This document shows, one piece after another, positions 51,698-64,000 of a stretch of DNA of 64,000 nt. Both the position numbers and the translations under genes were made by a program. The DNA is taken from NCBI GenBank assembly GCA_043228905.1, contig JBHGNT010000020.1, forward strand, positions 9,734,001 through 9,798,000, in the 5' to 3' direction. Every line of letters begins with the position of its first letter. The stretch's first letter is position 1. The notes under the pieces are model-generated. The model had not been told where the DNA came from, made no database searches, and saw nothing but the letters and a program-made list of their open reading frames with translations. Source of the DNA: Azolla caroliniana. Its lineage: Eukaryota > Plantae > Polypodiophyta.

Positions 51698-54600
51698 TGT
51701 AGAAAGTAGCGTGCGGAAGCAAGTATGAAGACAGAACAGAGGAAGGAAACTCAGGTTCAATGGAGAGCTTAGGCTTACATGGTATACGTGGCAGAGACAG
51801 AGAGAGAAACACAAAAAACTATATTCAACAATAATACTCAATCTCTGTACATAAGACGTGCTCAGTGAACACTTTTATACAAGCCCTAGAAGGACTGACC
51901 GAAGTACTGACAGTACTTCAATGCTCATCAAGAGCCCCTACTCTAACTCCCAAATATATTCCTCACGGAATATCTTTCCTAAAGACCTCCCGGTTTATGT
52001 ACTCGGCCTAACCGATCGGTCCCAACCGATCCGGTCCTCGGCTTCTTCAGCCGATCCGGGCGATGTTGAGCTTGTCTCTCAACACTCCCCCTCAAGCTCA
52101 ACTTGAGGCTCTTCGGGATTTTCACCTGAGGCCCTCAAGCTCAACTTGAGGCCCTCAAGCACCGGTTCCTCCTGGCTTCTCGCCTCGCTCGCGCTCCTCG
52201 ACCTGTTTGACTCCGCGCGCTTCGACCCTTCCGGTCAGCTTGTCTGCTCATGTGGCCCTCATCAGCTCTTCTGTTGTTGCGGTGTTGACGCTTCTTCTAC
52301 TGCCTTTTCTTCCGCTTGGACCTCGGTTGATTCAGCATGTCTGAATCAAACATCCGAACCGACTCGGCTACCTCCGATCGGTTTTCGCTCTCGTTCGAGT
52401 TGGCTGTCTCCAACTCGTCTTCGGTCTTCTCGCCCTCGATGCCATCATCTTCCCCATGCGTGGTTGGCTTCAGCTCTCTCCTTCGGTTGCTTCCCTTCTG
52501 TCCTCTTCCGAACTTTTCCGCGGGTCCGCCCTCGGCTTCTTCAACTGATCCGAAGTCGCCCTCGGCTTCTTCAGCCGATCCGTCTCCAACCGAGTCAACA
52601 ACCGAGTCAACCGACTCGGTGTCATGGTCACCGCTCCTTTCCTGCTGCCTTGCTTGGTCGTTCGGGACTGTTCTCCCCCTCAAGTTCGGCACGTCGAGGT
52701 GACGCAACCTGAGCGCACCTGAGAATTGCCGCAACTTGTCCAGACCAAGAGGCTTTGTGAAGATGTCGGCAGTCTGCCGATCCGTCGGAACGTACTGAAG
52801 TTGGACTTCACCGGAAAGGACACGCTCACGGACGAAATGGTAATGCACCTCAATGTGCTTGGTCCGTGCGTGAAAGACGGGGTTCTTCGCGAGTTGGATG
52901 CTGCTGAGGTTGTCGCAGTAGATCGTCGTTGGATCGGACACCTCCTCTTGCAGGTCCTTAAGTAGCCGCTTCAACCATATGGCTTCGCATGTCGCGACAG
53001 CCGCTCCTCGGTACTCAGCTTCGGTGCTCGACAGTGCAACTGTCGGCTGCTTCTTACTGCTCCACGCGATCGCGGCACTCCCGAGGGAGAACGCGTATCC
53101 AAACGTGGATCGGCGATCGGCGGCATTGCCAGCCCAATCAGCATCGGTGTAGCCGATTAACTGTGCGGCTGCACCGGTTCGATATAGCAGTCCTCGGTCC
53201 TTAGTGCCGTTGACATACCGAAGTATGCGTTGCGCACACTGAAGGTGCTCCTCGGTAGGTCGTGCCATGAACTGACTGATCACCCTGACCGGATAACTGA
53301 GGTCGGGTCGGGTGATGGTCAAGTATATAAGGCTTCCGACAATTTGTCGGAACCTCGTCGGGTCGCATACCTTTCCCGTATCGGGACAAATCTTGACGGT
53401 TCTGTCCAGAGGAGTCGAGATGGACTTACAGTTGGCCATCCTGAGTTTGAAGAGCATACTCAACACGTAATGACGTTGGCTGATCAATATGCCTTCGGGC
53501 GACCGACGGGGCGAGCACTCCGGCACTTAACGGCTTCGACGAGAGCAAGTATGACGGCGAGTGGCTACAGATCGGTGGATTTTTGAGGACAATAACGCCG
53601 GATGCGTCATGGACGAAGGACGAGGCCAACCGGATCCGGAAGAAAGCATACCGATTCTTTCTCCGGGACGGATACTTATGGAAGCACCCGAAGAAGAGGA
53701 ACGACGTCCCCCTTCGGGTGGTGGCGATCAAGGAAGAACAGGAGGAGCTGTTGACGGCCTACCATGACAACCCTTGGGCTGGACACCGTGGAACGTGGGC
53801 CACGTTCGAGAAGATAAAGGGGAGGTACTGGTGGCCGGGACTGTACCGGGACGTGCATCGGTTCGTGACAACTTGCGAGAGCTGTCAGATACACTCCATA
53901 GTCCGACATCGGGACGAGCTTCACCCTACGTATCCTCCGACCATCCACTTCAAATGGATGGTAGATCTGGTGACGATGCCGATGGGAGTAGGACAGATGC
54001 GGTATCTGGTCCTGGCTCGGGAAGATCTGACGAACCAGGTGGAAGGCCGAGCCCTTCAGAACAAAATGACCGCGGCCGTATGTCGGTTCCTGATCGAGGA
54101 CGTGATATGCCGGTACGGGTGCGTCGGGAAGATCGTGGCTGATCGCGGGGAGTTGGATGCCGAAGAGGCCGAGGAGTTGTTCGACCGGCTAGGAGTCAAG
54201 CTTTCGCTTACCACTGCGTACAATCCGGAGGCGAATGGAAAGGTGGAGCGCGGACACGGACCGATCGTCAAGGCGTTAGTTCGGGCATGCAGAGGTCAAG
54301 TCGGGAACTGGCTGTGGCTGCTGCCTTACGCGTTGTGGGCGGACCGAACTACGCACAGTTCGGTAACCGGATTCATGCCGACAGAACTCATGTTTGGGTA
54401 GAAGCCGGTCATGCCGATGGAACGTACGATCTCCTCGTGGGCAACCGAGGGCTGGAGAGACGAGATGAGCCGGGAGGAACTGCTGGCGGTCCGTATACGA
54501 CAGCTCGAGCGAAGACCGGAGGACGTGGAGCAGGCTGCGGAAAAGCTTCGGGAAGCAAGGATGAGGAACAAAGCCCGGTTCGACCGAACGCACCGGCTCC

Positions 54601-56773
54601 GACCGAAGAAGATCGAGGAAGGCGACTGGGTGCTAGTCTATGACAACAGCCTTGACAACTAGCACCGAGCGACACGGAAGTTCGCAAGAAGGTGGTTCGG
54701 GCCTTACGTGGTACAAAGCGCCAACGACAACGGGACGTACCATCTGGCGGAACTCGACGGTACGAGAATGGCGATACCGGTAGCTGGGAAGCGGATCAAA
54801 GCGTTCAAGAAGCGTCACGACGACGAGCCGGATCCGGTTGACTTGGACCGCGACGACGAGCGATCCGAAACCGAGGAAGAACTGACGGGCGGAGAATGAA
54901 GGCTGGACTGGTTTTCTCCATCCCAACACAATTTGGCGCATGCCGGTGGATGCGCGGTTAGGTGGGGGCGGATGTCATGAAGAAAACCGTCCACAAGCGG
55001 AATCGGTGCACAGGAGCGTGGGAACCGATTCTTCTCGAATGTTGTCCATAGAAGATCCTAGGCAGGTAGATTTAGAGGGTAGGAAGAAAGGGGGGGAAAC
55101 GGCTCCTTCCTTGCCTATAAAAGGAGGGAGACGAGAAAGGGGGACGGATCGCGGAGAGTCGAGGACGAAGTGCTGTCGGTTCGTGGGCGAAGGCTTCTCT
55201 CTCTCTCTCTCTGGTTCGCAAACTCCATAGCTTCCTTCTGTGCAGGTTTCGGGAGGCTCGCGCTGCTCTGAGGAATGCCCGAGTGCTTCCGGCAGCACCT
55301 CCAACCTGCTCCTGTCTTTCTGTGCGTTTACGAACAGGCATCGGCATCTGTTCGCCGGCCTGTTTGGTTGTAACCAACTTCGTGTTTTTGTTGTCTTGTT
55401 AATATATACATACATTCGTGTCTCTCTGTGTCGCTGTCCCACTCGCGTCTTTGTGTCGAAGGGCCGCGTCCCTGTGAATCTACGCTCGCACGTAGTGGGT
55501 CTCTTGTCCCTTCTCTCTTGCTCTTCGGTACAGGACCCCTGAGGTCCCGCCTCATTCCACGTATCCGCGAGGAAAACCTCGACATCGTAGCCCTTCGCCA
55601 CAAGCTGGGCCTTGTACCGATTGACGGTGCCGTCGGCATTGTGCTTCATTTTGAAGATCCACCGGCATCCAATTGCCTTTTGGTCCTGTGAAGAAGGGAC
55701 AATATCCCATATCTCGTTCTTGGAGAGTTATCGCATTTCCTCATTCATCGCTTCGACACTTCTAGGGTTCTTTGTGGTTTCGGAAAAGGTTTCCGGTTCT
55801 CGGAATGTCCACACCTTCATCATGAATGCATAATGATATGCCATGTAGTCTTTGTAGCCAGATCAACTGACTATGTTCTTCGCTCGGGTGGAGCGACAAG
55901 ATTCTCATGGTGTCCTCATGATGGACACATCTAGTCCATCATGCTCATTGTTAGGTGAGTGTTCCGATTCGTTCCTATCTAAGTCTTCGTAGTCAGGCAT
56001 TTTGGCCTTTCCTTTGATATCCGTCTTTGGACTTGGCCACGACGTGATTTGGTCGCTTGGAGGCTCTCGTGGTCCATTCAACTTGGTTGAGATTGGACTT
56101 TCCTTTTACATAAGCCTCGATCGATCATCCTCCTCCGTATCTATGTCGAACTCGGTTTCGACTATGTCGGATGGAGTTGAGTCGACTGTCTACCAAGATG
56201 CTGACTCGTCGAATACGACATTCCTACTCACTCGTACCTTCTTGGTGGAAGGGTTGAAGCAGTTATACCCTTTTTGCTCGAGTGAGTACCTTAGAAGTAT
56301 ACATTTCTCCGACTTGGGATTGAGCTCTGCCGCTTCTCATTGGGAATATGTACATACGCTATTGAACCAAATATCCTAACATGGGATAGACCCATTTTCT
56401 TCCCATAGAACTTTTCGCAAGGGGTAACATCACGCATTGCTGATGTTGTGCAACAATTCATTAGGTAGACAGCCGTCTTTGCTGCTTTAGCCCAATATGA
56501 TTTTGGCATATGTTTCTTGTTCATCATTGCCCTTGCCACCTCGAGTATGTGCCGGTTCATGCATTCGGCTACTCCGTTCTGTTGAGGTGTGTGTCGGCAG
56601 GTGAACTCCCGCTGAATTCCTTCTTGTTGAAGGTATGTTGTGAAGGCGTCGGAGAAGAAATCTTTGCCATTGTTCGTTCAAAGGCATCGTACATGATGAT
56701 TGGTTGCCTTTTTTACTTCGTTCATGAATTTTTGGAAGTACGAGAACACTTCACTCTTCTGGCACATTGGATA
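51698..56773 (-). mobile_element. Copia element (3' LTR 51698-52084, RT-RH 52297-53500, RT N-terminus/INT 55585-56773), interrupted by a Gypsy remnant
   Basis: YTDADWAG, SSTEAEY and CDNLSS motifs. LTR family of 26309-26715. RT sequence between AKGY and PEGILIS is missing. Confidence 0.88.
53500..55584 (+). mobile_element. Trp-family Gypsy 3' remnant: integrase, PPT, 3' LTR 54973-55584
   Basis: Integrase closely similar to 1949-3580 (WAGHRG.WATF, LAREDLTNQVEGR, YNPEANGKVERGHGP). LTR TGTCATGAAG...CGACA. Confidence 0.92.
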
Positions 56774-58231
56774 TGTTGAGAATCAAGCTCAACTTGGTCT
56801 AGTGTGTGAACTCACCTTGAAAGTGAATAGACACTCCAACAGTCAAGAGTCACCATTATGTCACCTCTTTGTATTCTAGCATTTTGTATGAGTCATAGAA
56901 TTATATTCTATGACACATAACTTATGAGCTTTCACATTCCCCATGCTCCATGAGTCTTGTAGTTAATGAAGAGAGAGGGTAACTATATAAAGCACCCTCC
57001 TCCCACCTTGTATTTTTTCGAGTCTTTCTCCTTTGTTAATATACTTACCTTGCGTATGCTCTGTGTCTTACTCCTTGTCTTTCTCACTCACTCTCTCTTT
57101 CTCTCTCTCTCTCTCATACACACACACACACACACACACAGTTTACACCTATTCCGCTACACAAGATTCTTACACATTCTTTACATGGTATCAGAGCGAT
57201 TTGGTAGCTCGATCTAACCCATTCACCTCATTGTGATCGTGTGTTGTGCTCTACGCTGATGACCAAGAACCGGCTCATCGCTATCGTAGCTTCACTACAT
57301 AGCTCGCATTCAAAGAGAGAAGAAGAAGAAGAAGAATCGACATAATGAATACTCAAGTGGGGAGTGCTCTCCCTACCGAGAATTTGGATCGAAACAACTT
57401 TGCATCTTGGGAGTACAAGATGCACCAATACCTTGTCAGACAAGGCTATTGGAGCTACATCAAAGGAGACCACGAAGACCGACCCGCCGAAGCGGCTCCC
57501 GGATACGCGACATGGGAGCAAGCCGCAAGCCGCGTGATTTATTGCTTGGCAACATGTGTTCACGATCACATGCTCGGCTACATTCGCGAGGCCAAGACAC
57601 CGAAGGAGGCATGGGAAAATCTACGAAAGATTTTCGCGGTGAACACAACCCCAAGAAGGCTTCAACTCCGCTAAGAGTTGAACAACATTCAACAAAGGGA
57701 CATGTCCATCACGACATACACCTCGAAGATCAAGGAGCTTTGTGACTCGCTTGGCTCGATAAGCGTAAATATCGATGATGATGAGATGGTGCAAATATGC
57801 CTCGGCGGCCTCGCACCACGGTTCGGCGCGATGCGAACCGCCGTTCTAGCACGGGAGAAATCTCCCTCCTTCTTCGAGCTCCATTCAATGCTATTGGTCA
57901 AAGAAAACCATGTGCGTACAAGGAGTAATGCGTCAGAAGGACAAATGTTGTACATGCACTCGAACGGAGGAAGAGGACGCGGACGAGTGAGAGGCCGATT
58001 TGGCCAAGGACAAGGCGGACGAGGGCCGACCTACGACATCAACTCCCAATTTCGGCCGCAAAACGGAAGCCAACGAGGAACCTTCACAAGAAGGGGGAGC
58101 TTCCACTCCGGCTCAAGCCGTCAAAACGCAACCGAATGCGGATATTGCGGAAAGCTCGGCCACCACGAAGAAGAGTGCCGAAAGAAGATGTGTGCATCGG
58201 CTTCCACAAGCCGACAACTCACGAATTACGT

Positions 58232-61200
58232 TGTCGTGAAGAATTTCGTCCAGAGGTGGAAACCGGGAAACTTTGGCTACATCGGCGGGGTGTAGCATGT
58301 GTGCTCACCCTTGTACATTTAGTGTGAATAACGAGGGCGCCTTTATGGCGCCGAAGAGTAGTCAAGTCGGGACAGACGATCCCATGTAAGTCTGGATTTA
58401 TCCCACATTGTAACACATCCCTCTCCTTGTTCTATAAAAGGAAGGGAGCGCCCTTTGTGAAGGGGTTGCCCATTTTGCGTTAGAGGGTATACCGTTAGAT
58501 TTAGGGTTAGTTACATTTCTTCTTCTTCTTCTTCTTCTTCTTCCCCCTTCGTGTTTTGCTTAGGCTTTGCTTTGGCTCGGCCTCCTGTGCAAGACCCCGC
58601 TCGGCGCGACGAGCCGAGAGCTCCCCGATGGCGGCTTGACAGCAGACGACTGTTGTATCCTACCTTGGTCCGGCTTGAAGCCGGGAATGTATTCTTCCTT
58701 TTATATACATACATTTGTGTGTTTTTGTGTATATTCACGTCTCTGTTGGTGTCAGGTGCTTCCCCTTTCCTGTGTTTCCTGTACATAAGGGCGTGAGTCG
58801 GGTCGGCCTATGTGTGTGTGTGTGTGTGCGTGAGTCGGTGTCAAGCACGCGCTCCCTCTCTTTCTCTCTCTCCCTTCGGTTGCTTCCGGTGTGCTTCTGG
58901 GATGCCCCGGAAATGGTGAAGTACGACTTCCTACGCTCTGTCACTCCCTAGTCCAAGACCCCCATGGTCCTGCCTTTCTCCACGCACGCGCGTAACAACG
59001 CGACATATTTGGTGAACCCAACGTGAAAGGCGGCAAGGGAGGATGGAGTCGGAAGACGACGACCTCGCGGTGATGGTGGCCGAAGTGGTGTTGGAGTCAG
59101 CACGAGTGGTGATGAGGCGAGAAGCAGTGCAACAAGCGGTTGAGCGAGTGGTCGAAAGAGTCGGTCTTTTCAACGGGGACAATGTCCCATCTTACTTGGA
59201 AGCCTACAATGCGGAAATGGAGGAGCGTGGCGTAGACGAGTCGTTGAGGCTGGAGTTCTTCTGTCGGGTCGTAGATGTCCGGATGCATGCGGAAGTAAAG
59301 GAGCTCCGTGAGGCTCATAGTTCGTGGGAGGCCTTCGAAGAGGCGCTCCTGAAGGCATACAGAGGACGGAGGAAGAGCCGGGGACGACATGACTTTGACC
59401 AGTGGGTAGCATCGGCAAAGACCCACTGGGGCGTGACCAAGGCGTTCCGAGAGTTCGAGTGACGGCTTGCACGGCTCCCGGAGCGGGAACAAGGTTTGGT
59501 GGGGGCGGACAAGGTCCTATTGTTCGTTAGGTCGATCGACCGAGCGGAACGGGAGGCCATCGGGATTGAGCTCGAAGACGATGACAGAGCCAATGGGCTT
59601 ACGGAGGATTGGTCGAAGGTCAGAAGGGTGTGCCAACGGCTAGACGGTGAGCGAGCCGAGAAGGCTAAGAGGAAGGCGCGCGACGGCATGCCATCACAGC
59701 GGGAAGAGGCCGAACGGAAAAGGGAGTTGGCAAGGGTCGGCGTTGAGGCCCGGATTGCGGAGGCGTACGCAGCTCTCGGGGCGATGCTCGAGGAAGAGGA
59801 AAGACCGAGGCCGCAAGCCGAGACTGAGAAGACAGACTTGCCCCACGTGACGGCGGAAGATTGGTACGACGGTACCACGGGAGAGGGTGCAGAACAAAAC
59901 GCCCACTCGACTTGCGGAGATAGAACGGCCAAGGACGAGGCCGAGATACCGATTGCGGGATCAGAACATTGGAACCAGCGGTGTCGGGCGTGTCAGCCCG
60001 AAACCCCGGTCATTGGAGAAGCAAGCCGAGACGGGGCTTGCGCGATCGGTAAGGAGACGACCGCCGACCACGAAGAGCCGGTGGCTATGGACAAGGGCGT
60101 AAACCGGACGGGCGATTCTTTGTGTCTTCCCACACTTGCTCCCGAGACGATGGCAGTCGGGCCCGAGTGCCCACGTGAGTCCCAAGCGGAGGAATGCGGC
60201 GGCGAAAGACCAAGAATCACCGGCGAGACGATACGGGGAAGGAGCGGAGAAGAGCCCTCCACGCGGATTCCGGAGACTCCGGCGGTCGTGCCCGTGTGCC
60301 GACATGAGACCGGAGAGAAAGAAGGCGCCGATGAGGAGTCTTGGCACGATGCCAGTGAAGGGGGATGGGAAACAGCCTGTGAGGAGGCCGAGGATGGACG
60401 CGGCACGAGAAGATCGGCATTCCGATGCGGATGGAGCAGAATCCGGTCGTGGATCGTTCGATCGGGGCCGGATTCAGCATGAAAGTGCCGATACGGAAGA
60501 GGGTGCGGGACGAGCCGCCCTCTTTTACGTGGGGAGAAAGACCGACCGGGCGAAGGTCGGGAGTTACAAGGGATGAAGAGGAGAACGAAGTCCGGTCCTA
60601 CAGGATCCCCACACTGGTCCGGAGGCCCGACAGTTCGGCCAACGTGGCAACGTGAGACCTAGGGAGAAGGCTGGTGGCGACAGGAGAATGGGACCCGACA
60701 ATCCGGAGAAGGATGAACGGACCCGGACGAGAACCAGGCGGAACGAACTCCCGGATGACCATTCCGGGAGGGAGGAATAAAGCAGGCCTACGAAGAGGCC
60801 GAGGAGACGGTACGTCGGTACCACGGGAGAGGGTGCGGAGTAAACCGCCCTCTCGGCATGCGGAAAAGGACGACCCGGGACAGGGTCAGGAAGACAAATC
60901 GGAGGCCCGAGGAGGATCCTTCACACCGAGAGCCGGCAGTTGGCCTAAAGTGACGAACAATGACGGCAAGGGGACGAAGGCAAAGGGCTATAGATGGGCG
61001 GTCTACGGAGATCCTCACACCGATCCGGCGGTCGGCCCGAGAGCCGGCGTGACTCCTATAGGAAAGGACGGTGGCGGCAGGGGAACGAGACCAACAGAAG
61101 AGGATGGCGAAGGCAGAGCGGAGTAGCTGTGACCTTACACGCACCGATTCTAGAGACTCCGACATCCAACGACAAGAGGAGGCATGAGACCTAGAGTAAG

Positions 61201-63483
61201 GGACGGTGGCGGCGGCAAGGCAGGCAACCGAAGCCTGAAGGGGAGGTCCCATGAAAGCACTCACACCGATCCGGCGGTCGGCCTGAGTGCCGGCGTGAGT
61301 CCTATAGGGGAGATCGGTGGCGGCAAGAGAACGTGATCGGACGACAGGATGCGACGACAGGAGGTATGAGGCCGGCGAGGCGGCTACGAACCAAATCGGA
61401 CCTTCCGGCAAGGTGAGTGGGCATAAGGAAGTCCAGTCCTACGGGATCCCCACACCGAACCAGAGACTCCAGCAGTTCGGCCAACGTGGCAACATGAGAC
61501 CGAGAGAGAAGGTTGGTGGCGGCGGGAAACGGGACCCGGCACCACGAAGACGGAACCCGGCTACGCGGAAGAGACGAGGAGAGTCGTGAAGGACTCTGAC
61601 AAAAGACACCCGGATCTCGGCAAGCGACGAAACGAAGACTGGTCCTATGGGATCCCCACACCGAACAAGAGACTCCGGCAGTTCGGCCGACGTGGCCACA
61701 TGAGACCGAGAGAGAAGGATGGTGGCGGCAGGGAACGGGACCCAACAACACGAGGTAGCGGATCTGGAGTCGGTAAGATGGGGCGGACGAAGTGCGAAAC
61801 CCTCACTGGCCGGTTACGGTCTCGGAAGTAGCCGGTAGGGCGAACACGAGGAGGTGTGTTGGGCCGGAAAGGCACACCTGGGACGGAATAAGCGTCTCGC
61901 AAGTGGCCATCGCGGGCCGGATCGAAGCGTGACTACGGGACGGTGTTTGGCGCAGGTGGTGCCGAACAAAGGAAGCGGAGGATGGCACAAAGGAGGTGCC
62001 GGGAACGAGGTGACGGGTGCCTAGTGGACTGCACAGGGTCGGAGTTAGGGGATGGCAAGAGAGGCCGGAGGAAGATCCTCCACACTCGCTTCGTAGATCT
62101 CGGAAGCTCCGTCGAAGTAGCGACAGCAAGCCCGGGGTGACAAGCTGGTGGGGGCGAGGGAACGACGGCAAACGGAAGACTCAGGACCTGTTGCAGCAGC
62201 ACGAAGACGGGAAGGGCCAAGTGGGCTAGTATGGGGTGTTCCTCGGGTGCGAAGGACACTAGTATGCGGGTGAGCGGCAATGCGCGATTTGGCTGGGAAA
62301 CGGGCCGACAATGCGTGCAATGAACCGGAGTACGGCACAGGCAGTGCCAAACAACGGACGAGGGTATGTGGCACACAGAGGTGCCGGAGCGGAAAGGCAA
62401 GCGCGGAGATGGGTTGCGCGGTTCGGAGGCAGCGCGTAGAAGGCCAAAAAAGGGTCCTCCACACCGTTCCGGAGACCATGGCGGTTCGAGCCGACGCGGC
62501 GATGTAAGACCATGGAGAAGGAAGGTGGTGGTGAGAGGACGAAGGCAACGCGAAACAACATGGGACGACAATCAGGACAACACGAATGGTCAACGGAGGC
62601 CAAGCGGGCCACTATGGGCATTCCTCAACGGAGGACATCAGGCATACGGCGGGGAGCGGGGCGTGCATACGGCCAAACAAGGGCTAGCGGAAGTACGCGT
62701 ACTACGGAGATCGCGGTGAAGGACCCATCGACGGGTCGAACGAGCCTACGAAGAGGTAAGCGCGAAGGAAGAACCGAAGCCGACGGATCAAACCGGCAAC
62801 GAGTCGGGATGCGGATTACGAAAGACCGGTTTCTCACCGGTCGAAATCTCTCACCCTTCACCGGAATTGGTACGTACCGGTGGACGTGTGGTTAGGTGCG
62901 GGCGGATGTCGTGAAGAATTTCGTCCAGAGGTGGAAACCGGGAAACATTGGCTACATCGGCGGGGTGTAGCATGTGTGCTCACCCTTGTACATTTAGTGT
63001 GAATAACGAGGGCGCCTTTATGGCGCCGAAGAGTAGTCAAGTTGGGACAGACGATCCCATGTAAGTCGGGATTTATCCCACATTGTAACGCATCCCTCTC
63101 CTTGTTCTATAAAAGGAAGGGAGCGCCCTTTGTGAAGGGGTTGCCCATTTTGCGTTAGAGGGTATACCGTTAGATTTAGGGTTAGTTACATTTCTTCTTC
63201 TTCTTCTTCTTCTTCTTCTTCCCCCTTCGTGTTTTGCTTAGGCTTTGCTTTGGCTCGGCCTCCTGTGCAAGACCCCGCTCGGCGCGACGAGCCGAGAGCT
63301 CCCCGACGGCGGCTTGACAGCAGACGACTATTGTAACCTACCTTGGTCCAGCTTGAAGCCGGGAATGTATTCTTCCTTTTATATACATACATTTGTGTCT
63401 TTTTGTGTATATTCGCGTCTCTGTTGGTGTCGGGTGCTTCCCCTTTCCTGCGTTTCCTGTACATAAGGGCGTGAGTCGGGTCG

Positions 63484-63520
<37 letters not shown>

Positions 63521-63693
63521 AGTCAGTGTCAAGCGCGCGCTCCCTCTCTTTCTCTCTCTCCCTTCGGTTGCTTCCGGTGTTCTTCTGGGATGCCCCGGAA
63601 ATGGTGAAGTATGACTTCCTACGCTCTGTCACTCCCTAGTCCAAGACCCCTGTGGTCCCGCCTTTCTCCACGCACGCGCATAACAACGGGACA
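58232..63693 (+). mobile_element. Complete gag-only (pol-less) LTR element of the Trp-primed family; LTRs 58232-59005 and 62907-63693
   Basis: Paired LTRs, PBS TGGTGAACCCAACGTGAA at 59010-59027, PPT at 62890-62906, TSD ACGT/ACGC. Confidence 0.92.
59043..60482 (+). pseudogene. gag: Gag-like ORF (one TGA at 59460) with an unrelated acidic tail
   Basis: Aligns by eye to element A gag (RVG.F.G.N...L..YN.EM..RGVD; DKV.LF; GLTEDW..V.R.C). No Zn knuckle or protease follows. Confidence 0.8.
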
Positions 63694-64000
63694 ACGCGCA
63701 CAATTCCGAATACGAAGAGTATAGCGGAATGTACGGGCACAACTCCGACTATGAAGATCGTGGTGGAATGTATGCACACAACTCCGACCGTGGCGGAATG
63801 TTCATGATGAAACATAGAGCAAACTCTATGTCGGCCTCTACCTCAACTAGTGCCCTCAATCCGAAGGACGTATGGTTTGTTGACTCCTGAGCCTCAAACC
63901 ATATGACATCTCATAAAGAATGTTTTGTTGAAGTTCGAGAGCCGGAGCGACCTGGTTATGTCCAAACCGGAGATGACACTACGCACCCAATTCGGCACAT

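Larger units (their letters stand above)
56774..64000 (+). mobile_element. Copia 5' portion: LTR 56774-57185, iMet PBS 57186-57197, gag 57345-58231 resuming at 63694, protease; runs off the window
   Basis: TGGTATCAGAGC. Zn knuckle CGYCGKLGHHEEEC and WFVDS*ASNHMT. The host frame NYA/HNSEY is rejoined across the insertion. Confidence 0.92.

Noticed and set aside
49400-51850. Many long overlapping ORFs on both strands (also 59600-62900)
   Set aside because: Expected in GC-rich, stop-poor repeats. No domain motifs apart from the gag N-terminus.
60590-61760. CRISPR-like array
   Set aside because: Repeats are long, degenerate and irregularly spaced within an LTR element in eukaryotic DNA, with no cas genes.

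Overview
Eukaryotic, plant-type nuclear DNA, most likely a non-seed plant such as a fern. This is inferred from Tcn1-like chromoviruses, the LINE tail type and the plant tRNA-Trp PBS. One intact 13-coding-exon host gene, an ABC1K6-like plastid ABC1/UbiB atypical kinase (35763-42844, +, about 821 aa, two consecutive GC-AG introns), sits as a roughly 10 kb island between two deeply nested, decayed LTR-retrotransposon clusters (1-33.4 kb and 44.5-64 kb). The clusters hold Ty1/Copia elements (iMet PBS), Tcn1-like chromoviruses (chromodomain, self-priming PBS) and a tRNA-Trp-primed Ty3/Gypsy family with TGTCG...CGACA LTRs, present as a tandem array, fragments and gag-only derivatives. Three observations stand out. 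(1) tRNA-like Pol III A-box/B-box modules with conserved 43-45 nt spacing are built into the LTRs of at least five distinct Gypsy LTR types, always in the same relative position and orientation. (2) All five insertion sites of the Trp-primed family are flanked by an N-CG-N 4-mer, suggesting CpG-centred targeting with a 4-bp TSD. (3) A -1 frameshift signal lies after the protease in that family. All calls are by eye, and boundaries marked approximate may be off by several bases.
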